Shown here: piece by piece, positions 49,608 through 59,640 of the stretch
Numbering within the stretch: position 1 is the stretch's first letter
Layout: each line of letters opens with the position of its first letter
The notes under the pieces: model-generated
What the model was told of the DNA's origin: nothing
The model's database searches: none
The model's input: the letters and a program-made list of their open reading frames with translations, nothing else
Made by a program: the position numbers and the translations under genes
Assembly: GCF_040938485.1 (NCBI RefSeq)
Contig: NW_027271169.1
Location: forward strand, 62,001-126,000
Source of the DNA: Diadema antillarum
Taxonomy: Eukaryota
Direction: 5' to 3'
Length of the DNA stretch: 64,000 nt

Positions 49608-51948
49608 GACCCCGTTTACAGTGCGGGGCTGGGCCGAGCCACCGCCGAGCCCAGCCTCAATTGCGGGGCCGAGCCTCGAAATTTTGTCCGTTTACACTGC
49701 TGGGCTCGGCCGCGCTTTTAATTCAAACCTTTCAATATTTTGTCGTAGTGGCGCTCTGCTTGTAAACAAACGCAATTTGGTATAGTCTGGTTTTCAGACC
49801 CTTTGCCAACTGGATTCCGTGGGGACGAAGTCGCCGTTCGGGCAAAGGCCTTTGCCGAAGGAAAAAATCCTTTGCAGGACAAAGCCACCTTAAACTATAC
49901 TAGTTTTCGACGTTGAGGGGGTTAATATCCTGAACAGCGAAACAGTACAGGCAGAGGGTTTGGAAGCCAGACTAAAATTGGCCGCGCATTTGGCCCAGTT
50001 TAGCTTACACTGAGAAAAGGCCGGGCTCCATGCAGAGCGAGGCCAAATGCGAGGCCAATCTTGGCCTCGCATTTGGCCTTTTGCGCATTTACACTGAAGC
50101 GGGGCTGGGCCGAGCCGCGGCCGAGCCCGGCCTCAATTCTCGCTATCGCCAATGACGTAAAAAGTACCCGGATGTTGATTTAAGCGTCATTTACGGTGCA
50201 TTATGGGATAGTCCGGTAGCAAAGTCACTTCCGTTCGTACGCGCGTGATACGTGACTAATGCTATTTACACACACAACCGACTGTATTCTACGTGTACTT
50301 CCGGTTTTCTCGACTTGAATTACAGCTTTAATATGATTTGAAATTTCTCCATTCTTAAGAAATTGCTGTTAATACGACTATTGGTTGTTGCTGCGAAGCT
50401 GCCATGTGTTGTTCGCACGACAATAAATGAAAAAAATCTGCAGAAATAGGACCCTTACTGGCATGCGAGACGTGACGTGGCCGCGTGGGTGAAGTTTGCG
50501 GGTGACTCCACAGCGCAGTACGTGCACGCGCGACTTACTGGTAGTGGTAGTTGCTAGTAGCACTAGCTAGGTAGTAGGCCTAGTGCCTACGTACATGTAC
50601 GTACATTGTACGTACTTACTCGGAAGAAATTGCTTCGGAGACAGGATAAGTTCGAGATCACGGTTCGTTCCCGATTGTGTTCGCGACATTTCGACAGAGA
50701 ACAAATAAAGAAAGAAGATGGGCATTCCATGACGATATACTGTATATCCAGGTGGGTGAATATTTTCCAGCATATTTTCAGCGTATGCAGAGATGACTTA
50801 TCTGTGATGTGCACATCGATCGCATGATCGCTGTACCGGTATGTGTTAGCTTATGCGCTGCGTGCATGCAGTGGCTAATGCAAAGCCGGCCGCCGCCGGA
50901 GGGGACTACAGTGTACGAGTATGACAGGCCTGGCCACACTCGCTGGCTCGGGCGGTACAGCGGCCTACTGTACTAGTATCCGTGGTCAGCGCTGCGCTAT
51001 AGGTAAGGTACACGTACGCGCACGCTAGCGTTGTGCAAATTATGCCCCGCGCCGGAAGTGCCCTTGCTACCAAGTGCACTAAATCTTGACGAAAAAGCCA
51101 CATCCGGGTACTTTTTACGTCATTGGCGATAGCGAGAATTGCGCGGCCGAGCCCCGCAATTTTGTCCGTTTGCGCTGCTGGGCTCGGCCGCGCTTTTAAT
51201 TCAAACCTTTCGACTTTGAGGGGGTTAATATCCTGAATAGCGAAATAGTACGGGCAGAGGGTTTGGAAGCCAGACTAAAATTGGCCGCGCATTTGACCCA
51301 GCTTACGTTTACACTGAGAAAAGGCTGGGATCGGCCGCGGCTCGTCCGCGGCCGAGACCACCTCCAGAGCGAGGCCAAGTTTGGCCCCCCATTTGGCCTT
51401 TGCGCGTTTACACTGAAGCGGGGCTGGGCCGAGCCCAGCCTCAATTGCGAGGCCGGGCCCCGCAATTTTGTCCGTTTACACTGCCGGGCTCGGCCGCGCT
51501 TTTAATTCAAACCTTTCAATATGTTGTCGTAGTGGCGATCTGCTTGTAAACAAATGCAATTTGGTATTGCCTGGTTTTCAGACCCTTTGCCAAATGAATT
51601 CCGTGGCGACGAAGTCGCCGTTCGGGCAAAGGCCTTTGCCGAAGGAAAAAATCCTTTGCAGGACAAAACCACTTTAAACTATACTAGTTTTCGACCTTGA
51701 GGGGGTTAATATCCTGAACAGCGAAATAGTGCAGGCAGAGGGTTTGGAAGCCAGACTAAAATTGGCCGCGCATTTGGCCCAGTTCACGTTTACACTGTTA
51801 AAAGGCCGGGCTCGGCCGCGGCCGAGACCACCTCCAGAGCGAGGCCAAACGCGAGGCCAATTTTGGCCTCGCATTTGGCCTTTTGCGCGTTTACACTAAA
51901 GCGGGGCTGGGCCGAGCCGCGGCCGAGCCTCGCACTGTAAACGGGGTC
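49608..51948. mobile_element. PIF/Harbinger-type non-autonomous element with internal tandem amplification
   Basis: TAA TSDs (49605-49607, 51949-51951); 18-bp perfect TIR GACCCCGTTTACAGTGCG; GTTTACACT subterminal motifs; empty site downstream of copy 1 near 40870. Confidence 0.9.
50139..51136 (+). mobile_element. Nested TIR element with a decayed THAP domain
   Basis: 37-bp perfect TIR CTCGCTATCGCCAATGACGTAAAAAGTACCCGGATGT, flanked by AATT on both sides; internal RRQDKF...RLCSRHF (50636-50692). Confidence 0.82.
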
Positions 51949-52379
51949 TAAGACACACAGACACATCATAACTGGAAACGTGATGTAAACACATTATGTA
52001 ATAATGGTGATGCATTTTGTGTAGCTTGAAAATAATTTGTGTGTGATCTGTTCTAAGAATTGGGCAGTCTGCTTTACATTCCAAATTGGTTGGATGGGGT
52101 TAGATGGTCGGATTAAAATTCATCTTTCATGGCAACGTACAGTAACATGAGTGTCATTTATTTATTTATTTATTTATTTTTTATCCGAGTTATGAATTGA
52201 AATATGAATTTATTCGATTCATACCCATTTCAATTTTTTTGGACCCCAAACAGGTATTTATTGTCTCCATAGTTCAACATTTCATATCACATACCTTTAC
52301 AAATTCATTACAAATACTCATTTTGAAATGCTGCTGGCTTGACAGTGTGATGCGGATATGTCGTGTTGTGGATCGTTAA

Positions 52380-52949
52380 AGGACGTGTTTACTCTGATAT
52401 GCATGTGGATTGAGTGAATGCATCAATATTAATAGAACACATCGGTGAAAATTTAGAAAAATCGGAAAATCCGCTTAAAAGTTATGAATTTTTGAAGTTT
52501 CAGTGCCGCCATCGCTGGATGTGAAGACTACTACAGTTTGTTATGTCACATGTGTAGAACAATACAAATAAAATATAAAGACAATTCAACATATTTTCAC
52601 CTTTCTCGCATACAAGCACTTGACCTGCCTGTCTCAGAAAGCAGGGAGGGGGGGGGGGGGGAATAATGTTACTCTTAACATACGTCAGTAACAAGTAGAG
52701 GGAATGTATACTTTTTCCGAAAAAAGACATTTTGTGGAATTCTCTTTATATTTTCTGTACATAGTGCTATGCATATGATGCATGTAACCTCACACACTGT
52801 AGTCTTCTCATCCCGCAATGACTGCTCAGAAACTTTAAAAATTCTTAACTTTGAATGGATTGTCCGATTTTCCTCAAACTTTCACTGATGTGTTCTACTG
52901 ATATTGCTACATTCACTCATCCACATGTATGTTAAGTTGATCTTGTCCT
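52380..52949. mobile_element. TTAA MITE (AGGACAAG family), copy B
   Basis: TTAA|AGGAC...CTTGTCCT|TTAA; homologous to 23199-23757. Confidence 0.78.
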
Positions 52950-53116
52950 TTAAGTAATGTTATGCAATTTTTATGTGCGTTTGTGTGAAATTCACTATGT
53001 GTTCAGTCCTTTTCATACCTGTGTCTTCAAACACAATATCTAATATCAGATTGGGGATTGTGGTAATCGCTCATTGGATGAATTTGCAGCGATAATGTAC
53101 AGACTTGCCATCCCAC

Positions 53117-53282
53117 TATAAATCGTCGATGCATTACGATCTAAACGTACTCTGTCTCAGAAGGACTCAGCACAAGACCGGTATTACACGTGATCATTTT
53201 ATCCCTACTCCGCTGTGTCATCATACATCGAGTAAGCTGCCGCCTTATTTTCTGGACCAGTCAGATAAGTAGCAAGGTGAGT
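53117..53282 (+). promoter_or_regulatory. Putative TATA box and non-coding exon 1 of GPCR copy 3
   Basis: TATAAAT (53117-53123), consensus donor AAG|GTGAGT (53277), strong acceptor TTTTGCAG (53782) 10 nt before the ATG. Confidence 0.55.
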
Positions 53283-53792
53283 TGTTGTTGTTTTTTTCCT
53301 TCAGTAATGCACTTCTTTAATCGAAGTGACTTATGTGAATGAGTTCTAAAGAACTATACAATATCACTTACATGAGCCAGAGAAAGAGAGGGAGAGAGGG
53401 AGAGAGAGAGAGAGAGAGCTTGAACTTTCTTTTCCAAGAGATCAGGAAGAAAAAATGAACTTTTACTGAATGGAAATGTGCTGACATTCTCATGAATATT
53501 TTTGGAGATGCATGTCCTCAAGATGTAAAGTCCAGTGTATCATAATCATGTGCTCCTTGAAACTTGACTCAATTCATCAGTGATTCCATATCTAGTATAT
53601 CTAACATCGAAAACTTAGTTGTGAGTGTTCTTAATATGATTCATCATTTCCACAGATTATTCAATGACAAGTACAAAAAAATGGTTTTAAGTGCATCTTT
53701 GTTTGATCGAAATGTTCAAAGAACAGTGTGATTGATGCTATCGACAATGTTTTTAAATGTATTTTTCTTCTTCATTTTGCAGGTGAGATCCA

Positions 53793-54947
53793 ATGGCTGT
53801 GTCTACCAGCATTAAAACAAATTCAACACTCATTGGGAGAGGAGATGATCCATACTCTAATTCAACTCTGGTAATTACTAACACGATTCTCACCTCGATC
53901 GTCTGCCTCATCACCATCATCGGCGTGCTCGGCAACAGTTTCGTCATCCTGCTCGTCTCCCTGTCTCGCCAGCTCCAGACAGTCACCAACGTCTTCGTGG
54001 TGAGTCTGACCCTCTCCGACCTGATCGGATGCGGCATGCAGAGTCTGCAGGCAGTGGCGCTCTTACACTTGAAAGGTTGGCCTCTACCAGAATGGGTGTG
54101 TCAAATGACAGGTGGAGTCCTACTTATCGCGTTCAAAGCAAGCATTGTTCATCTGGCGCTCATAAGTGTGGATAGATTCATGGTTATCACTCGCCCTAGA
54201 AACAGATATATGGAGATATACAACCGCAGAAACGTGTTTGTCATGGTCGCATCCGCCTGGTTATGTCCACTCTTCTTTATTGTTCTCCCTCCAGCTTTGG
54301 GATTTGGACGTCTAGGATACAACGCTGCTAATCACTTTTGCACGTTTGATGGTAACGAGTTCCAAGTAAGAATTGTATACGTCATAGAAGAGGTCCTTTT
54401 TGTCACGACTTTCTTGATCATCAGCACTTGTTATCTGAAAATCTTCATCTACGTCAAGACTCAGCATCACAACTTATTGAAGCTCTTCAAGAACAACTCC
54501 GGCAAGTCGATGGCACCAGAGCAAAGTGAGATCAAAATGCGTATGACCATCGATAAACGAGAGATCGAAATTACTAAGAACCTCTTTATCGTAGTTTGCG
54601 GGTTTTTCGCTTGCATCCTTCCCAACACGCTTTGCGTCTTGACGGAGAAATGCTACCTGAAGTACTTCAAAGTTACTGCTGTTGTGTACTCCATCAATTC
54701 CTGCATCAACCCATTCATCTATTGTTTCAAGCAGCCACTTTTTCGCCAAATATCTCTCTCTGTGTTCCAGTGTCGGTGGTCAGAGATTCCCAAACTTTCT
54801 CCTTGGTTACAGCGTATTATCACAGCAAAAAGGCCGACAGACGAAATCATGACGGGTGAGGACTTCCCGAACTCGTCATCAATGACAACCGACCGCTCGA
54901 CTTCAATGGCAGCCACCAGCTCGGCATCAATAGCACAGCTCCAGTGA
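53793..54947 (+). CDS. Class A orphan GPCR, copy 3, 384 aa (mosaic paralog)
   Basis: Seven TM motifs (DRF, CILP, NPFIY); distinct Ser/Thr-rich C-tail. Confidence 0.95.
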   Translation: MAVSTSIKTNSTLIGRGDDPYSNSTLVITNTILTSIVCLITIIGVLGNSFVILLVSLSRQLQTVTNVFVVSLTLSDLIGCGMQSLQAVALLHLKGWPLPEWVCQMTGGVLLIAFKASIVHLALISVDRFMVITRPRNRYMEIYNRRNVFVMVASAWLCPLFFIVLPPALGFGRLGYNAANHFCTFDGNEFQVRIVYVIEEVLFVTTFLIISTCYLKIFIYVKTQHHNLLKLFKNNSGKSMAPEQSEIKMRMTIDKREIEITKNLFIVVCGFFACILPNTLCVLTEKCYLKYFKVTAVVYSINSCINPFIYCFKQPLFRQISLSVFQCRWSEIPKLSPWLQRIITAKRPTDEIMTGEDFPNSSSMTTDRSTSMAATSSASIAQLQ

Positions 54948-55991
54948 TGGGTAGATTTGTGCTGCCTAATACATCAATGAAATAAAACATCTGTGTCATT
55001 TAAATGATAAATAAAGATAAATATTTGAGGGTATATAACGCCTCTAATATTGGACGCAAACTGTCAATTTGGTGATTAGTGGGAATATCAGTTGATACAA
55101 ATGAAAAGATAATTAAGGGTTCTTTTCTTTTCGTTGTTTAGATCTGAAGCACATATTTACACCCAAAAATGATTTTCACATGATCATGTCTTGATGAGAT
55201 GAATTATTGATTACGCCTTGTGTACTATGTAAGCTAATGCTGAAGTCACGAACGAGTACATGTGAAAGTATGTTTCTTAACTGAGCAAAATCCTTGTTTC
55301 TCAGACAAAAAAAAAAAAAAAATCTGCGTGATGATCCTTCCATTTCACTATAAATCATATTCTTGTAATATGTGTAATGAAATGTTTTTTTTTTTTTTAT
55401 TCTGCCATCAGCTCAAATATCTTACTTAGCAGAGTACAAATTTTTTGCTCCCCTCAGATCTAAGTGCAATTGGGTAAATCGTGAGAACACCTGTGAATTT
55501 AATTCTTTGTATATGCGAGCTTTGGCAATCTTCTCATACTAGATACCCCACTCTCAGTTTTTGTAAGTATAGGGTTAATATCAGGGATGTAAATTGACAC
55601 CTCCAATAGCCATTGATGATAATGGTTTAGCAGTAATGTGTGGAAAATGGGAGAGGATTTGTCTGAACGCAAAGCTGCAAGATTGCCTACATATTGTCAC
55701 TGTAATCTAGAATGAATGCGGAAACGGAGTTTAGTCTAGGTTGAACCATTGACAATATTTCAGATGATTATGTTTCAAATGGATGATTTCATCTGGTCAG
55801 CAGACGGCAATTTAGGAAAAGAAATCGGGATAACACAAAACAATACAAACAAGAATATTCACAGCATTCAAATTTTGTTACTACATACCATGTATAGTAT
55901 GACTTTTTTTCAAGAAATCTGACGTCCCGAAGCATTATCATAAAGATAGATGAACCTAGAGAAGGAAAAAAAAAAACATTCACGGTTTTAA

Positions 55992-56386
55992 GGTCATGGA
56001 ATAGTTTTGGTTTGAGGTGAGAATTCAACTTTTAACTTTTTGCGAGATACTTAGGAAGCGCTTTATGAAAATAAAGAGCATGCAAGAGGAATTCAAAGAT
56101 TATTTGATGAAAATGGGTTTTAAAATAGCTGAGACATCCCCCCTAAAAAAAAAATGTTAAAAACAAAGCGATGTTCATGAAAGGTGGGACCAACCTTTTA
56201 TTACGATCGCTTTGTTTTCGATATCTCAGCCAATTTAAAACCAATTTTCATCAAATAAACTTTGAATTCCTCTTAGAATTTATATGCTCTGACATTTTTA
56301 ATAAGAGGTTTCTCGTTATCTCCATAAAAGTCATCAAAAAAGGTAGAAACCTGAAGCATCATCTCAACTGAAACTGTACAATCCCT
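55992..56386. mobile_element. TTAA MITE (AGGGATGG family), copy C
   Basis: Homologous to 8760-9135; right end TGTACAATCCCT|TTAA. Confidence 0.7.
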
Positions 56387-56578
56387 TTAATGGAAGAACT
56401 CTTTGCTTCACGAGCTTACATGTTATTAAGATACGTTTCTATGATTCACTTTATACCACTGCTAACGATTTTCTAATTAAATTATATCAAAACAAAATGC
56501 CTTGTGGAATTTTTGCTTTGTATATTGTGTTTTACATTTTTTATGTTATTTCATTTCAATTGACTTGAAATGAATTAA

Positions 56579-56650
56579 CCCGTTCTGTACGGGAACTTGG
56601 TGGCCTGCGTGTTAAGTCTATGGGCATGTCAGAATTCAGTATGGAACGGG
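56579..56650. mobile_element. 72-bp piggyBac-like micro-MITE
   Basis: TTAA|CCCGTTCTGTAC...GTATGGAACGGG|TTAA; 10/12 TIR identity. Confidence 0.65.
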
Positions 56651-58091
56651 TTAAGTTAAATTGAATTGAACTGAACAGACTCATCATTTGTTGACTAGAA
56701 GCAATATGAACCCAGCATGATGTCAAAAAAAAATTCTTCTACAACAGTCCATAGTACTGTAATGATAATATATGAATTGCAGCATTAAATCATATCAAAT
56801 CATACAATGAAGTGGACTGGCAATAGCCAAGACGTGTCATACCATCTTACACCTAGCCATTTCCCCCTCACATTAGTCAAAGGCGAACCTCGGCCATACA
56901 CAAAGTGTCACGTGGTTCTCAATCTCTCTCGATTTCTATCGAGATCTCTCCCTTCCTCTTTTTCTCCCGTGCGATCTGTTTTTGAAAAGTTTGTAGTTGA
57001 GGAATAGCTCTTTGTTAAATGTGGCGTTAAGTTCTTTTCACAATTTTTCTTCCACAGTGACTATGCTTTCAAGTCATTTGATTCAAGAAGTTCACAGTTT
57101 CCGTGTGTGTACAGATAAAGCTAGTTCGCGTATTCAAATTACATGCGTCACTGCCAAGAGCCAATCGTATGTCTTCGGGAACGCGGCTTATAATTATTCA
57201 GGTTAACAGGAGTTGGAAATTCAGACTTGCAGCAATTGTGAGAGCAACTGCTGGGGATCAAACAGCTCATCAGTTGATTTTCCATCATTTTCGATAATAT
57301 TGTTACAGCTGATCATCTGCCCGAAAACTAAGAAGAATCTTTAGGTAAGGAGTATGCTTCAGTGGTATTCACAGCACCAATAATGAAAGCTATTATTCAT
57401 TAAGAGACCATTTTAAGAAAGGAAATAAATTGATAAAGAGTACCTCAAGTAGAATTTGGAGAGAGTTACGGATTTGGCTTTTCAAGATTCAATATTTCAT
57501 TGCAAGTTACTTAATATTTCTGTGATATATGTATCAAAATCTCGAAATCGCTGTGATCAGTTTGTGGACAATGACCTTTAGAATTTTAGAAATGTTTGAA
57601 TTTCTTATACAACATTACGTTTTTGATATATTAACTAAACTTATCTTTGAAAATGCTGGAAATACTTTTTTTCATAGTTTTCTCTGTAAAAAGGGAGCGC
57701 TTGAACAGTGCTGATATGCTTCCCTGATAAATTTGCTGTGTAAACACCTGCTGAATTTTCTTCGTCATGAATATGATATCACCAGACTTTCATTGATTAA
57801 TATGATATGGATGGTCTATAGATTTTTGAGGTGCTTTAAAGCTACAAATAAAACGACCAAATTTTGTTGGATGGAGACTGTTGTGCATTTTCACGTCCAG
57901 TTTCGAGGGTTTTTTTCTGTTATGATATATCACATGGATTATCAGTTTTTGGTGGTTAAGATAATAATGCTCAACTTTCAACTGGCTTAAGGACATGATG
58001 TGAAGTGCCATAGTAATTGTTTTGTTTCCTGTCTTCTAGATTCGAGTGCATTTAAGAAAAGTTAACGGGTTTAAATGTTTCATATACAGGG

Positions 58092-59189
58092 ATGGCAGAG
58101 ATCACGGTGAATTCAACCTTTATCGGCAGCATCTACGACCCGTATGATGACTTGGAGTTGGTTATCAGCAACAGCGTTTTGGCCTGTGTAGTCGCCTTAA
58201 TCACAATAACGGGCGTGCTCGGCAACAGTTTCGTCATCCTGCTCGTCTCACTGTCTCGCCAGCTTCAGACCGTCACCAACGTCTTCGTGGTGAGTCTGAC
58301 CCTCTCCGACCTGATCGGATGCAGCATGCTGAGTCTTGAAATTGTGGCATTATTAAACCTGGATGGTTGGCCTTTGCCAGAATGGGTGTGTCAAATGACA
58401 GGTGGGGTATGCGTTATAGCGTTCGTTGCAAGTGTGGCCCATCTTGCACTGATCAGCGTTGATCGGTTTGTCCTCATAACCCGTCCCAAAACGAGGTACA
58501 TGCGGCTGTACAAGGGACGAAATATCATCATGATGGTAGCGTTTGCGTGGCTGGCGCCGCTTTTGTCGATTGTCCTGCCAACATCCTTAGGCTTTGGACG
58601 TCTCGGGTACAACGCCGCCAACTACTTCTGTGTGTTTGATGGAACCAAGCTCCAGCTCCGCATGGTACACATCTTCGAAGAGGTTTTGTTTGCCACGACT
58701 TTTTCCATCATTATATCTTGCTATGTGCGGATCTACCTGTATGTCAGGAGGCAGCATCGCAACCTCCTCCAGTTTTACGACGACAAGCCTGAAAGCTCCC
58801 AGGAACCACAGTCTTCTAGCATGCGAATGACTATAGATAAACGTGAGATTGAAATCACAAAGAATCTTTTTATGGTAGTTTGTGGATATTTCATCTGCGT
58901 CCTCCCAAACTCTTTTTGTGTGCTCTTTGAATCTTGTTACGTGAAATATTTCAAATTCACGGCCGTCGTGTACTCCATCAATTCTTGCATCAATCCCTTC
59001 ATCTATTGTTTCAAACAGCCACTTTTCCGTCAAATCTCCCTCTGCGTATTCCGACGTCGGTGGGCAGATATTCCGAAGCCATCTCCATGGTTACAGGGTT
59101 TGGTGGATGTGAAGGTGAAGAAAGGTACAACTGGAAGAACAGAAATCCCGAATACGGTCTCCATCTCCGCATCGCTGCAAGATGTATAA
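58092..59189 (+). CDS. Class A orphan GPCR, copy 4, 365 aa
   Basis: Seven TM motifs (DRF, CVLP, NPFIY); candidate acceptors at 58039 or 58089. Confidence 0.95.
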   Translation: MAEITVNSTFIGSIYDPYDDLELVISNSVLACVVALITITGVLGNSFVILLVSLSRQLQTVTNVFVVSLTLSDLIGCSMLSLEIVALLNLDGWPLPEWVCQMTGGVCVIAFVASVAHLALISVDRFVLITRPKTRYMRLYKGRNIIMMVAFAWLAPLLSIVLPTSLGFGRLGYNAANYFCVFDGTKLQLRMVHIFEEVLFATTFSIIISCYVRIYLYVRRQHRNLLQFYDDKPESSQEPQSSSMRMTIDKREIEITKNLFMVVCGYFICVLPNSFCVLFESCYVKYFKFTAVVYSINSCINPFIYCFKQPLFRQISLCVFRRRWADIPKPSPWLQGLVDVKVKKGTTGRTEIPNTVSISASLQDV

Positions 59190-59640
59190 GGAACAAGAGC
59201 TCCGACGCCCACACATTTATAATCAGACGGCGTACAAGCAAAGATCAGATCGAAATAACAAATACCCTTTTTATTGTAGGTTGAATAATGTTTTCGTTTT
59301 GAGGACTATTCTAGTCAATTTTCTCACAGAAAGACAGGGGAAGGGGTTGACCTTTTTGTTCTTCTTTAGAAAAATGCAATGACTTTGTCATGATATACAT
59401 GTTTTATTTGTAATCGTCCGAAGGATAATGAATCATAATTTGAGATGATTAATTGTTTCAAAACTTTTCCTATTTTGAACATTAATCGCATGCCATTTCG
59501 TTGTTATACTATTTTTCCCCCTTCTGGCTTGCAAGGAGGGGGAAAACAGATTAAAAAAACTAATCAAACAAACGCATGTGCATATCTGGCATATGATAGT
59601 TTAGTAGTATCTTTAAAATTGTGATATCTTAAATTCCCCA
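59187..59640. repeat. 3' UTR/flank duplicated downstream of GPCR copies 4 and 5
   Basis: Aligns closely with 63348-63800. Confidence 0.88.

Larger units (their letters stand above)
42810..52040. repeat. Tandem duplication unit carrying GPCR copy 2
   Basis: Collinear with 32480-41000 but carries different transposon insertions. Confidence 0.85.

Noticed and set aside
59178-59189. C-terminal PDZ ligand (QDV) in GPCR4/5
   Set aside because: Position -2 is Gln, fitting none of the standard class I-III patterns
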